Assembly: GCA_015064245.1 (NCBI GenBank)
Contig: SVSQ01000003.1
Span: forward strand, 1-50,754
Length of the DNA: 50,754 bases
From: Oscillospiraceae bacterium
GTDB lineage: Bacteria > Bacillota > Clostridia > Oscillospirales > CAG-272
Direction of reading: 5' to 3'
Part shown: positions 7,893-16,304 of the stretch, piece by piece
Position numbering within the stretch: the stretch's first letter is position 1
Layout of the letters: each line of letters begins with the position of its first letter
Position numbers and translations under genes: made by a program
Notes under the pieces: model-generated
What the model was told of the DNA's origin: nothing
Seen by the model: the letters and a program-made list of their open reading frames with translations, nothing else
Database searches by the model: none

Positions 7893-9038
7893 ATGGGAAG
7901 AAGAAGTCTTTTTCTTGCGATCATGGCTATCTTTTCCATATTCACTCTTCTGACGACCTCGGGCGTTGTTGCCGCGTGGGTGTACGGAACCCCCGTAGAG
8001 CCTTACGAATCGCAGATGACGGTATCTCTCGGTAGCTTTGATCACAATAAACTATACGTACTGAATATCTCGGATCCGTATTCGTCCTCCGGCTATTCAA
8101 GCGCGGATATGGAGAAGGTCTCCGACCTTAACGTCAGCGTTGACGCGACGCTGAATTCAGCCTCGTCGTCATCAGTCAGCTTCGACGTCACTATCTATAA
8201 CGGCTCGGATCTGACCTATTATTACAACGAAACGGAAACTGTTTCCGCAGATAATAACAATATCGCCTACACCGTAAGCGGTATAGAGCAAAAGGATAGC
8301 ATAGGTCCGGAGGAGAGCAAGACCGTAACGGTGACCTTTACATTCAAAAACGGCGCGAGCACAAACGATCCCTCGATCTCGGCTGAATTGCATTTCAATT
8401 TCGTTCTTGACAAGGATTCCATCGGTATCGTGGTCGCAAGAACCGCGGTCGACCGTTTCAGAGAGATCCTTAACAACGTGGTCGCGGCGAATTCTTACGA
8501 GACCCTTGAAAATGCTATGAATAATCGTTCGGGTTGGGACAAGGAATCGGCCGTTACTTATATCGGTAACGTTTACGGCTCAGGCTCGACCGACTCCACA
8601 GCGGTGAAAAATTTGTTCGGTAATGAATTTATGATGATGGATCTGGACGGAGACGGAAAGCCCGAAGAGATCACCATGATGATAAAACGTGAAAATCTGG
8701 ACGGAAACAACGCAACGGGTGACTCTTACACCTATAGAGACGGACGTAATAACGTTACTGTAAGCGGCGTTGAAATGACGGTCTACATAACCTCCGTGAA
8801 ATTCGAAGAGGAGAACATATCAAGGGGAGAAGATATCGTGGTCTACGTCGCAACGTTCACCAAATTGCCCGGCGCGACGGAGTGGATTGAACTCGTTCCT
8901 CTTACAAGCGGTATGGCTCCCGCGAACAGCTACACCTACGGAGATAACTGGGGCGACGCGGACTCCTTCAATACCAACAAGTGGGAATCGGACAGCGGCG
9001 ATACTCTGACGGAGCTGGTAATAGCGGCTATCTCATAA
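7893..9038 (+). CDS. Secreted protein with SipW-type signal peptide, beta-rich domain and DLDGDGKPE Ca-binding-like loop
   Basis: MGRRSLFL...TSGVVAA-W; GGAG RBS 6 nt before ATG 7893. Confidence 0.65.
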   Translation: MGRRSLFLAIMAIFSIFTLLTTSGVVAAWVYGTPVEPYESQMTVSLGSFDHNKLYVLNISDPYSSSGYSSADMEKVSDLNVSVDATLNSASSSSVSFDVTIYNGSDLTYYYNETETVSADNNNIAYTVSGIEQKDSIGPEESKTVTVTFTFKNGASTNDPSISAELHFNFVLDKDSIGIVVARTAVDRFREILNNVVAANSYETLENAMNNRSGWDKESAVTYIGNVYGSGSTDSTAVKNLFGNEFMMMDLDGDGKPEEITMMIKRENLDGNNATGDSYTYRDGRNNVTVSGVEMTVYITSVKFEEENISRGEDIVVYVATFTKLPGATEWIELVPLTSGMAPANSYTYGDNWGDADSFNTNKWESDSGDTLTELVIAAIS

Positions 9039-9099
9039 CGTTTTGAGATCGATACGGCACGCAAAAGATTAGTTACCCGATCATATTCTGATAAAAAAA

Positions 9100-9138
9100 T
9101 AACGCTCGGAGAGAACGAATGTTCCTCCGAGCGTTTTT
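9100..9138. terminator. Bidirectional terminator
   Basis: aacgctcggag...ctccgagcgtt with A-rich/T-rich flanks between convergent genes. Confidence 0.8.
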
Positions 9139-9152
9139 GCTTTTGCTTTGAA

Positions 9153-9959
9153 TCAGTGATTTACCTTGCGTTTCTTGGGCAGTCCCTCGCAGATATAGGA
9201 GTCGAACTTATCCGCGCACTTGCTCCATTCGTCCGCTGTGCGAACGGTCCAAGCCATTACGGGGATATTGAATACCTTTCTGCAGATGACCACGGAAAGC
9301 TTTGCGGGATATTTGTGATCGTAAGCGATGAAGTCCGGCTTTGCGATGCAGTTCGTCAGCAGATGCTCTATTGCGAAATGAGTGGGAGACTTCTTCTCCG
9401 TCTGCATGAACGCCGTGGAAAGCTGACCTCTTACGATGTCGGGACGGCAATCCTTGAACCACTTCAGTATCAGCGGATTGAAGGACTCGACGCAGTAATC
9501 TCCGCGGTACTCGTCCAGTATCTCCGCCGTTATGGGGGCGACGGAAACGTCTCCGCTCTCTCCCTTGAGCTCGACTATCAGCGGTACTTTACCGTCTATT
9601 ACCTTCAGCGCCTCTTCAAGGGTGGGGATACCGTACTCTGCCAGCTCCTCAGCCGTCAGCTCGCAGACCGTCTTGGTCTCGCCGAAGAGTCTGAAAAGCG
9701 TGTAGTCGTGGAAGACTACCGCCTGTCCGTCCGCGCTGAGCTGAACGTCCAGCTCGATGCCGTAGCCGTTCTCAACTGCTTTTTCAAAGGCTTCTATCGT
9801 GTTTTCGACTACCTTCCCGCCGTGCATACCTCTGTGAGCGAACACCTTGCCGTAAAATGGCGAGATGTCGGGGCGGTCCTTGAGACGGGGACATATAGCC
9901 GTCAGATACGCGGCTGTCGCGCCTGCCGCTGCCGCTACCATCATTATTTTCTTTTTCAT
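9153..9959 (-). CDS. Glycerophosphodiester phosphodiesterase family
   Basis: FAHRG, ENT, IELDVQ, VVFHD, VELK, WTV motifs. Confidence 0.92.
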   Translation of the reverse strand: MKKKIMMVAAAAGATAAYLTAICPRLKDRPDISPFYGKVFAHRGMHGGKVVENTIEAFEKAVENGYGIELDVQLSADGQAVVFHDYTLFRLFGETKTVCELTAEELAEYGIPTLEEALKVIDGKVPLIVELKGESGDVSVAPITAEILDEYRGDYCVESFNPLILKWFKDCRPDIVRGQLSTAFMQTEKKSPTHFAIEHLLTNCIAKPDFIAYDHKYPAKLSVVICRKVFNIPVMAWTVRTADEWSKCADKFDSYICEGLPKKRKVNH

Positions 9960-10007
9960 ATAATTCTGACCATTTCCTTTCTTGATCGATCGGACTGTTT
10001 ATTCCGT

Positions 10008-10140
10008 TTTTTCTGTACTTTCAGATTTCTGCAGTACTTTTTGTGTTTTCTGTACTTTCTGTACTTTCAGATTTCTGCAGTATTCTTTGTGTTTTCTGTA
10101 TTTTTCAGATTTTTTCTGTATCTTCTGTACTTTCAGGATT
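10008..10140 (-). repeat. Imperfect tandem repeat spanning the MFS stop codon
   Basis: Recurrent tgaaagtacagaa / gcagaaatc units on the minus strand. Confidence 0.8.
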
Positions 10141-11418
10141 TTCCTTGTTTTGCGTAAGACTTTCGGGAGAGGCTTCGCCGTGGCGGACGAATAACATGGT
10201 TACTATTGCCGCCGCGAGGAACATTCCCGCGTAAGGGAAGAGCAGCTCGAAGCTGATATTGAAGGCTTGGTTGAAGGCGTCGAACATTATTCCCGTCAGA
10301 ACAGGTGTGGCGATCTGTGCCGCCATTGAGAACGTATAATAAAGCCCTGTGTACTTTCCAACGTCCGCGCCTCTGCTCATCTCCACTACCATAGGGTAGG
10401 AGTTGACGTTTATCGCCGCCCAGGATATACCTATGAGCGCGAAGAGCAGGTAGAGAACGGGCGTATATCCTCGGATGAAGGATGTAATGCTTACCGCTGT
10501 GAACAGTACGCCGAGAGAACTGATGATGGTCTTTTTGCGTCCGAGCTTATTTGAAAGTATTCCGATGGGCACGAAGCTGATCAGCGCAACTATGCTTGCA
10601 AAGAGCATAGGCTTTGAATACGCTCCGTTCGTAAGTCCCCAGATATCCTCGGCATATCTTGAATAGTTCGTTTCGATCGCGCTGTACGCCATGTACCAGA
10701 GGAATACGCTGACCAGCAGGATGAACAGACTCTTTCTCTCGCCGCCCGCTATCTTTATTCCCTGGTTTTCCCTTGCGATGCGCTCCTCTTCCGTCTCCAC
10801 GTCCGGCGGCATCTGAGCCACCAGCTTGTTTTCGTCAACGGTGAAGAACATCACCACCAGGCTTACGAGCATAAACAGCGCCACGATGGTAAAGAGCTCG
10901 TTATAATGGCTTTCACCGCCGAGAAGTATCGTCATTCCTTGGATGAAGATAAGTCCGACAGCGCCCATGAGGTTTATGACTGCGTTGCCCGCCGCGCGAA
11001 GAGGCTTGGGTGTTACGTCCGGCATGAGGGCTACCGCAGGAGATCTGTAAAAGCTCATCGCCAGCAGAAGTCCGCCCACCGCTATAAAATACGCGATTAT
11101 CGATTTTTTAGCGAACGCGATAGGCATTACCAGCATAAAGACTACGGAGACCACCGTTCCGATGATAATGAACGGCATTCTTTTACCGATCCTCGTGTTG
11201 ACACGGTCTGAGAGGGAGCCGAAAAATGGCAGCAAAAACAAAGCTGTTACGTTATCCAGTGACATTATGATATTTATGACGAACTCCTTATCGTTTCCGA
11301 TCAGCTCTCTGAGCATAAGCGGCACTTCGTTGTTGTATAACTGCCAGAACGCCGATATCGTCATAAACGCAAGACCGATGAGCGCGGTCCTTCTGTAATC
11401 CAGCTTAGTTGTTTGCAA
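10105..11418 (-). CDS. MFS transporter (sugar/glycoside-type)
   Basis: About 12 TM helices; GSLSDRVNTRIGKRMPF and GILSNKLGRKK motif A; TTG start. Confidence 0.9.
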   Translation of the reverse strand: MQTTKLDYRRTALIGLAFMTISAFWQLYNNEVPLMLRELIGNDKEFVINIIMSLDNVTALFLLPFFGSLSDRVNTRIGKRMPFIIIGTVVSVVFMLVMPIAFAKKSIIAYFIAVGGLLLAMSFYRSPAVALMPDVTPKPLRAAGNAVINLMGAVGLIFIQGMTILLGGESHYNELFTIVALFMLVSLVVMFFTVDENKLVAQMPPDVETEEERIARENQGIKIAGGERKSLFILLVSVFLWYMAYSAIETNYSRYAEDIWGLTNGAYSKPMLFASIVALISFVPIGILSNKLGRKKTIISSLGVLFTAVSITSFIRGYTPVLYLLFALIGISWAAINVNSYPMVVEMSRGADVGKYTGLYYTFSMAAQIATPVLTGIMFDAFNQAFNISFELLFPYAGMFLAAAIVTMLFVRHGEASPESLTQNKENPESTEDTEKI

Positions 11419-11649
11419 TTTCTTTTACTGAACCCCCGTGGTTAAAAAATACAGAATATAAAAATACATTCAAATATATTTTATCACATTTGCAGTAAAT
11501 TTCAACAACAATTTGTAAACACTTGAATATATATTATTTAACACGGTTTAAGTGTTGTGATTTTCGATAAAAAACACAAAAGCGTTTTTTCGATAATTTG
11601 GCTAATATCTAAAATATATCCCCGTTTTTGGGAAAAAATTCAAAAATAC

Positions 11650-11732
11650 TTGACAAATATGGAAAAAAGTGATATAATACACTATGTTAGCAGAGGCTAA
11701 CTCGGCGTATAGGTTAGTTAGCCGACGCTAAT
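11650..11732 (+). promoter_or_regulatory. feo promoter with two GTTAG-N6-CTAA operators
   Basis: TTGACA(11650)-N17-TATAAT(11673) with extended TG; palindromes at 11686-11701 and 11717-11732. Confidence 0.85.
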
Positions 11733-11784
11733 TCCACAGCGGATCGCGTAAGCGTAAGCAGAAAAATAAAACGAGGAAACGTCA

Positions 11785-11997
11785 ATGAATTTAAAGGATG
11801 CTATTGAAGGAAAAGAATATACGATCCGTCAGATCGATACGGATGACGAAGAGCTCAACGCATTCCTTTTCTCTCTCGGATGCTACAGCGGAGAGATGAT
11901 CACCGTCGTTCGCAGAATGAAGGGCGGCTGTATCGTAGCGATCAAGGACGCAAGATATAATATCGATAATCAGCTTGCAGAGGCTATAATAGTTTGA
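11785..11997 (+). CDS. feoA: Ferrous iron transport protein A
   Basis: 70 aa, FLFSLGCYSGEMITVV pattern, upstream of feoB. Confidence 0.92.
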   Translation: MNLKDAIEGKEYTIRQIDTDDEELNAFLFSLGCYSGEMITVVRRMKGGCIVAIKDARYNIDNQLAEAIIV

Positions 11998-12063
11998 TCC
12001 CCGCGGCGGGCGGAGCTATAACGAGGCTATGCTTTTAATGCAAGCGATTATTTTTGGATCGAA

Positions 12064-12079
12064 GTTAGCCGCCGCTAAC
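12064..12079 (+). promoter_or_regulatory. Third GTTAG-N6-CTAAC operator, between feoA and feoB
   Basis: gttagccgccgctaac. Confidence 0.7.
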
Positions 12080-12138
12080 TCTGAATAATTAACCGTAAAC
12101 CATATCCGATAAGGATCAAAAAAACAGGAGGATATCCA

Positions 12139-14151
12139 ATGAAAGTTGCCCTTACAGGTAACCCCAACTCAGGAAAAACAACAATGTTCAACGCTCTGAC
12201 CGGCTCAAGCGAGAAGGTCGGAAACTGGGCGGGCGTTACCGTCGATAAGAAGGAGCACCCCATCAGATCGAAATACGCGGGTAAAGAACAGCTGATCGCA
12301 GTTGACCTTCCCGGCGCCTACTCCATGTCTCCCTTCACCAGCGAGGAGAGCATAACGAGCGCTTACGTCAAGCAAGAGAGCCCCGACGTTATCATCAACA
12401 TCGTGGACGCCACCAATCTCAGCAGAAGCCTTTTCTTTACCACACAGCTTCTGGAGCTGGGGATTCCCATGGTGGTCGCGCTGAATAAGAGCGACATCAA
12501 CGCAAAAAAGGAGACCGAGATCGACGTTGCGGCGCTGTCCGCAAAGCTGGGATGTCCCGTTATCACCACGGTATCCACGTCGTCCAAGGGACTCAAGGCT
12601 CTGGTCGATGCGGCGATCGCCCGCGTTGGAGCGGAGCAGAAGGCTCCTTACGTCCAGAAGGACACCGATACGGAGAGCAGAGAGGCGGTGGCTCAGGCTG
12701 ACCGCGACCGCTTTGAATTCGTAAACGGTATAGTAAAGGAAGTAGAGAAGCGTAAGGTCCTCACCAAGGACAGAAACGCAGGGGACAAGATCGACGCCGT
12801 TCTCACGAACAAATGGCTGGGTATTCCGATCTTCGCTCTGGTTATGTGGGCGGTGTTCTGGATATCTCAGGCAGGTCCCGGCGTGTGGCTCTCCGAGGGT
12901 CTTGACGTAGGGGAAACTCATCTCTGGGGACTGGTCGACTGCATCGGCTGGTTCAAGGAGATCGTCGCGGGCTGGCTCGAGGGCGCTCACGACATCATTC
13001 AGGCTATCATACTCGAGGGTATAATCGAGGGTGTTGCCGCGGTCGTCGGATTTTTGCCCCTGGTAATGGTGATGTACTTTCTCATAGCTCTTCTTGAGGA
13101 TTGCGGTTATATGTCCAGAGCTACGGTAGTTCTCGACCCCATCTTTAAGAAAGTCGGACTTTCCGGTAAGTCCGTTATCCCCTTCATCATCGGAACGGGC
13201 TGCGCTATTCCCGGAGTTATGGCGTGCCGTACCATCCGTAACGAGAGAGAAAGACGCGCTACCGCGATGTTGGCTCCCTTTATGCCCTGCGGCGCAAAGC
13301 TTCCCGTTATCTCCCTTTTTGCGGGAGCGTTCTTCGATAACGCCGAATGGGTGGGTACGGTGATGTACTTCGTCGGTATAATCATCATTCTCCTGTGCGC
13401 TCTGCTCGTCAATAAGCTCACGGGCTTTAACGGCAAAAGATCCTTCTTTATCATAGAGCTTCCCGAGTATAAGATCCCGTCCTTCGTTCAGGCTTTCAAG
13501 TCCATGTGTCAGAGAGGATGGTCCTACATAGTCAAGGCGGGTACTGTTATCCTCGTTTGTAACTTCGTGGTATATATGATGCAGACCTACGGCTGGAACT
13601 TCAAGGCGGTCGAGGATCCTGCGGACTCCATACTCGCGGCTGTCGCTACACCTATCGCGTACGTTATCGCTCCTATCGTCGGCGTTGCTCTCTGGCAGCT
13701 GGCGGCGGCGGCAGTCACGGGCTTTATTGCAAAGGAGTGCGTCGTTTCGACTCTGGCTACGGTATTTATGTTCGAGCATCTCATCAACGAGGAGCTTGAG
13801 GCTGTCGGCTCTATAGGCGCCGCTAATATGGGCGGTATCTCCGTGGCGGCAGGACTTGCGTTCCTTATGTTCAACCTCTTTACTCCTCCTTGCTTTGCCG
13901 CTATCGGCGCGATGAACGCCGAAATGAAGAGCGCGAAGTGGCTTTGGGCAGGTATCGGACTTCAATTTTCGGTTGGATATACGGTAGGATTTCTCGTTTT
14001 CTTCTTCGGAACGCTCTTTACGGGCGGAAGCTTCGGCGCGGCTTGGATGCCTGTTCTCGGATGGTGCATCGTGGCTGCTATCGCCGCTCTGTTTACTGTC
14101 TTGATAATCAGAAAAAATAAAGAGCTCAAAGAGCTCAAAGAGCTCAAGTAG
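12139..14151 (+). CDS. feoB: Ferrous iron transport protein B
   Basis: GNPNSGKT, VGNWAGVT, DLPG, NKSD GTPase motifs; LEDCGYM, PFMPCGAKLP, TPPC membrane motifs. Confidence 0.97.
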   Translation: MKVALTGNPNSGKTTMFNALTGSSEKVGNWAGVTVDKKEHPIRSKYAGKEQLIAVDLPGAYSMSPFTSEESITSAYVKQESPDVIINIVDATNLSRSLFFTTQLLELGIPMVVALNKSDINAKKETEIDVAALSAKLGCPVITTVSTSSKGLKALVDAAIARVGAEQKAPYVQKDTDTESREAVAQADRDRFEFVNGIVKEVEKRKVLTKDRNAGDKIDAVLTNKWLGIPIFALVMWAVFWISQAGPGVWLSEGLDVGETHLWGLVDCIGWFKEIVAGWLEGAHDIIQAIILEGIIEGVAAVVGFLPLVMVMYFLIALLEDCGYMSRATVVLDPIFKKVGLSGKSVIPFIIGTGCAIPGVMACRTIRNERERRATAMLAPFMPCGAKLPVISLFAGAFFDNAEWVGTVMYFVGIIIILLCALLVNKLTGFNGKRSFFIIELPEYKIPSFVQAFKSMCQRGWSYIVKAGTVILVCNFVVYMMQTYGWNFKAVEDPADSILAAVATPIAYVIAPIVGVALWQLAAAAVTGFIAKECVVSTLATVFMFEHLINEELEAVGSIGAANMGGISVAAGLAFLMFNLFTPPCFAAIGAMNAEMKSAKWLWAGIGLQFSVGYTVGFLVFFFGTLFTGGSFGAAWMPVLGWCIVAAIAALFTVLIIRKNKELKELKELK

Positions 14152-14200
14152 CTCAAGTAGCTCAAGTAGCTCAAGTAGCTCAAGTAGCTCAAAAAAGCTC
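14119..14200 (+). repeat. 9-bp tandem repeat across the feoB stop codon
   Basis: (aaagagctc)x3 (aagtagctc)x5 aaaaaagctc. Confidence 0.95.
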
Positions 14201-14244
14201 AAAGCTGCGTAAGCCTTGAGCTGATGAAAGGAAATTATTGCGCT

Positions 14245-14430
14245 ATGAATCCAACTGATATTATTGCTATCGCCGCCATCGTTCTCATCGTGGGACTTGC
14301 AGTGTTCTATATCGTACGCGCAAAAAAGCGCGGGCAGAAGTGCATTGGCTGTCCCTACGCTAAACAATGCTCCGGCAAGTGCGGGCAGAATCCGCCCCGC
14401 GGCGGTGAGGACTCTCCCGCCGGTAAATAA
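14245..14430 (+). CDS. FeoB-associated Cys-rich membrane protein
   Basis: One TM helix then KKRGQKCIGCPYAKQC, downstream of feoB. Confidence 0.85.
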   Translation: MNPTDIIAIAAIVLIVGLAVFYIVRAKKRGQKCIGCPYAKQCSGKCGQNPPRGGEDSPAGK

Positions 14431-14486
14431 ACAGCTCTTCCGAGGACAGATACCGTCTGTCCTCGGAATTATAATTTTTCAAAACA

Positions 14487-14514
14487 AAAAACCGTTGGAG
14501 AACCAACGGTTTTT
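14487..14514. terminator. Bidirectional terminator
   Basis: aaaaaccgttgg-agaa-ccaacggttttt. Confidence 0.85.
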
Positions 14515-14547
14515 ATTGTTGCTTTGTAAGAAGTAAGTAGTTTTAAA

Positions 14548-14928
14548 TTACTTAATCTCAACAGTTGCGCCAACCTCTTCGAGAGCCTTCTTGAGAGCCT
14601 CAGCGTCTTCCTTGGAAGCGCCTTCCTTAAGAGTCTTGGGAGCGCCATCAACGAGGTCCTTAGCGTCCTTAAGTCCGAGACCGAGAGCCTCCTTAACAAC
14701 CTTGATAACGTTGAGCTTCTTGTCGCCTGCAGCAGCAAGAATAACGTCGAACTCGGTCTTCTCCTCAGCAGCGGGAGCAGCCTCGCCGCCTGCAGCGGGA
14801 GCAGCGCCTACCATGATTGCGCCGGATACACCGAACTTAGTTTCGATTTCAGATACGAGCTCTTTAAGCTCAAGAAGAGAAAGCTTTTCGATAGCTTCAA
14901 CAATGCTTGTGATGTTTTCAGCAGCCAT
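14548..14928 (-). CDS. rplL: 50S ribosomal protein L7/L12
   Basis: [34 protein letters not shown]. Confidence 0.98.
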   Translation of the reverse strand: MAAENITSIVEAIEKLSLLELKELVSEIETKFGVSGAIMVGAAPAAGGEAAPAAEEKTEFDVILAAAGDKKLNVIKVVKEALGLGLKDAKDLVDGAPKTLKEGASKEDAEALKKALEEVGATVEIK

Positions 14929-15001
14929 TTTAATTATCCTCCGTTAAATTATTGATAGATTTTTTTGTTTTTTTAAGCTGAATTAAGCAATTTTTTGCAG
15001 A

Positions 15002-15517
15002 TTACTCTGCTGCGGGAACGGGCTCGCCGTCCTTTTCCGATACAGCTGTAAGTACTCTTGCGAGGCTGTAGATCGGAGCCTGGAGACTTCCGAGAAGTCT
15101 GCCGAGAAGTACCTCTTTCGAGGGTGTGCTTGCAAGTGCTTCCACCTGCTTTGCGTCGATTACCTTACCGTCAACGAATCCTGCAACAAGTGTGAATGTC
15201 TCGATCTTGTCTGCGTATTCCTTGAGGATCTTTGCGGGAGCAACGGGATCCGTTGCGCTTACTGCAAATGCGTTCATACCGTTCAGGTACTGCTTCATTT
15301 CGCCGTAGCCTGCTGCCTCACATGCGCGGCCTGTCATTGTGTTTTTGTAAACATGATAGTCAACGCCTGCGTTGCGGAGAGCTGTACGGAGAGCTGTATC
15401 CTGCTCAACTGTGATACCCGTGTAATTTACGAGAACACCTGCTGCGGCATTCTTAACTTTCTCAGTAAGAACTTCTGTTGCTGCCTGCTTCTGGGCAAGT
15501 ATTTTTGCGCTTGGCAT
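15002..15517 (-). CDS. rplJ: 50S ribosomal protein L10
   Basis: YTGITVEQDTALR, VYKNT, LASTPSKEVLL; upstream of rplL. Confidence 0.97.
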   Translation of the reverse strand: MPSAKILAQKQAATEVLTEKVKNAAAGVLVNYTGITVEQDTALRTALRNAGVDYHVYKNTMTGRACEAAGYGEMKQYLNGMNAFAVSATDPVAPAKILKEYADKIETFTLVAGFVDGKVIDAKQVEALASTPSKEVLLGRLLGSLQAPIYSLARVLTAVSEKDGEPVPAAE

Positions 15518-15569
15518 AAATTCACCTCCATAACAGATTTGAGTGGGTCCTTTGATCTCAGGAAATAAA

Positions 15570-15724
15570 AAATCTCGGTCTTACCGTTATTTTCGGCAAC
15601 CGAGAGCATAAATACAAAACTATAAGGAGCGGACCTTCGTCTACTCTTTTATTTATTTCGTGTTTACTCGCCTCGGCAGGAAAATCGGCTTGCGATTTAT
15701 TATAAACCTGCTGTCTTAGGTTTG
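15570..15724 (-). ncRNA. Ribosomal protein L10 leader
   Basis: Minus-strand taagacagcagg...cctgccgagg core, then ctcggt...accgag hairpin with U tract, upstream of rplJ. Confidence 0.8.
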
Positions 15725-15736
15725 TTTGACTTTGTT

Positions 15737-15765
15737 ATTATAACATATTCAAATATGTTTGTCAA
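15737..15765 (-). promoter_or_regulatory. Sigma-A promoter of rplJL
   Basis: TTGACA-N17-TATAAT on minus strand. Confidence 0.85.
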
Positions 15766-15799
15766 GTGGTTTTTGTGATTTTACATTTTGTTAATATTT

Positions 15800-16178
15800 T
15801 TTGTTTTACGCCACCGTGGCGTATTGCGGATAATTTTTTATTTTTCTAATATTTCTTTTAATATAGATTTCGCATTTTTCTTCCTTCTTTCGAGAAAGAA
15901 AGAAGAAAAACGGCTCGCAAAAAGAAGAAAGAAAGACCGTGGTAGATTTGGTACGGCTCGCCGAACCCCCTCGCGTAACACACTCCGTGTGCTCGGGGGT
16001 TGGGTACAATAGCTCCGCCAAAGCGGGGATACCAGCAGATGTTCGCACAAGGTACACGGTATCCCTGCTACCGCAACTACCTAAAGAAGGAAATGGGGGA
16101 GTTTTCTTTGTTTGTGGGTGAGATGATGTACGCACATGGTTAAAAAGGGAACACGGACTCATTTCCGAAGGAAATCCA
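15800..16178 (-). repeat. Mosaic repeat G(partial)-C-slot-A-F
   Basis: Reverse complement contains module C, gagcacacggagtgtgttacgcgag, triplex module 15875-15936 and palindrome tacgccaccgtggcgta 15807-15823. Confidence 0.95.
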
Positions 16179-16186
16179 AAAAAATA

Positions 16187-16225
16187 TCAAAGCCGCTGAT
16201 ACCTTCGCGGTGTCAGCGGCTTTGA
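16187..16225 (-). terminator. Terminator of pckG
   Basis: tcaaagccgctga...tcagcggctttga hairpin with U-rich tail on minus strand. Confidence 0.8.
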
Positions 16226-16304
16226 AGTTTTCTATAATAATTACCTTAAAGAGTAAAATCAGTATAGAAGTTTCTTTGCCTACTTTCTTTTCAAAGAAAG
16301 TAGG

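Noticed and set aside
14146-14190. Amber readthrough or recoding at the feoB TAG run
   Set aside because: TAG is an ordinary stop elsewhere (zapA, ftsK, mltG) and no suppressor or pyl genes are visible
12205-14367. Long antisense ORFs (720 aa here; also 16602-18176, 41276-42907, 9156-10157, 46499-47425)
   Set aside because: Shadows of well-supported genes caused by codon bias; no recognisable motifs
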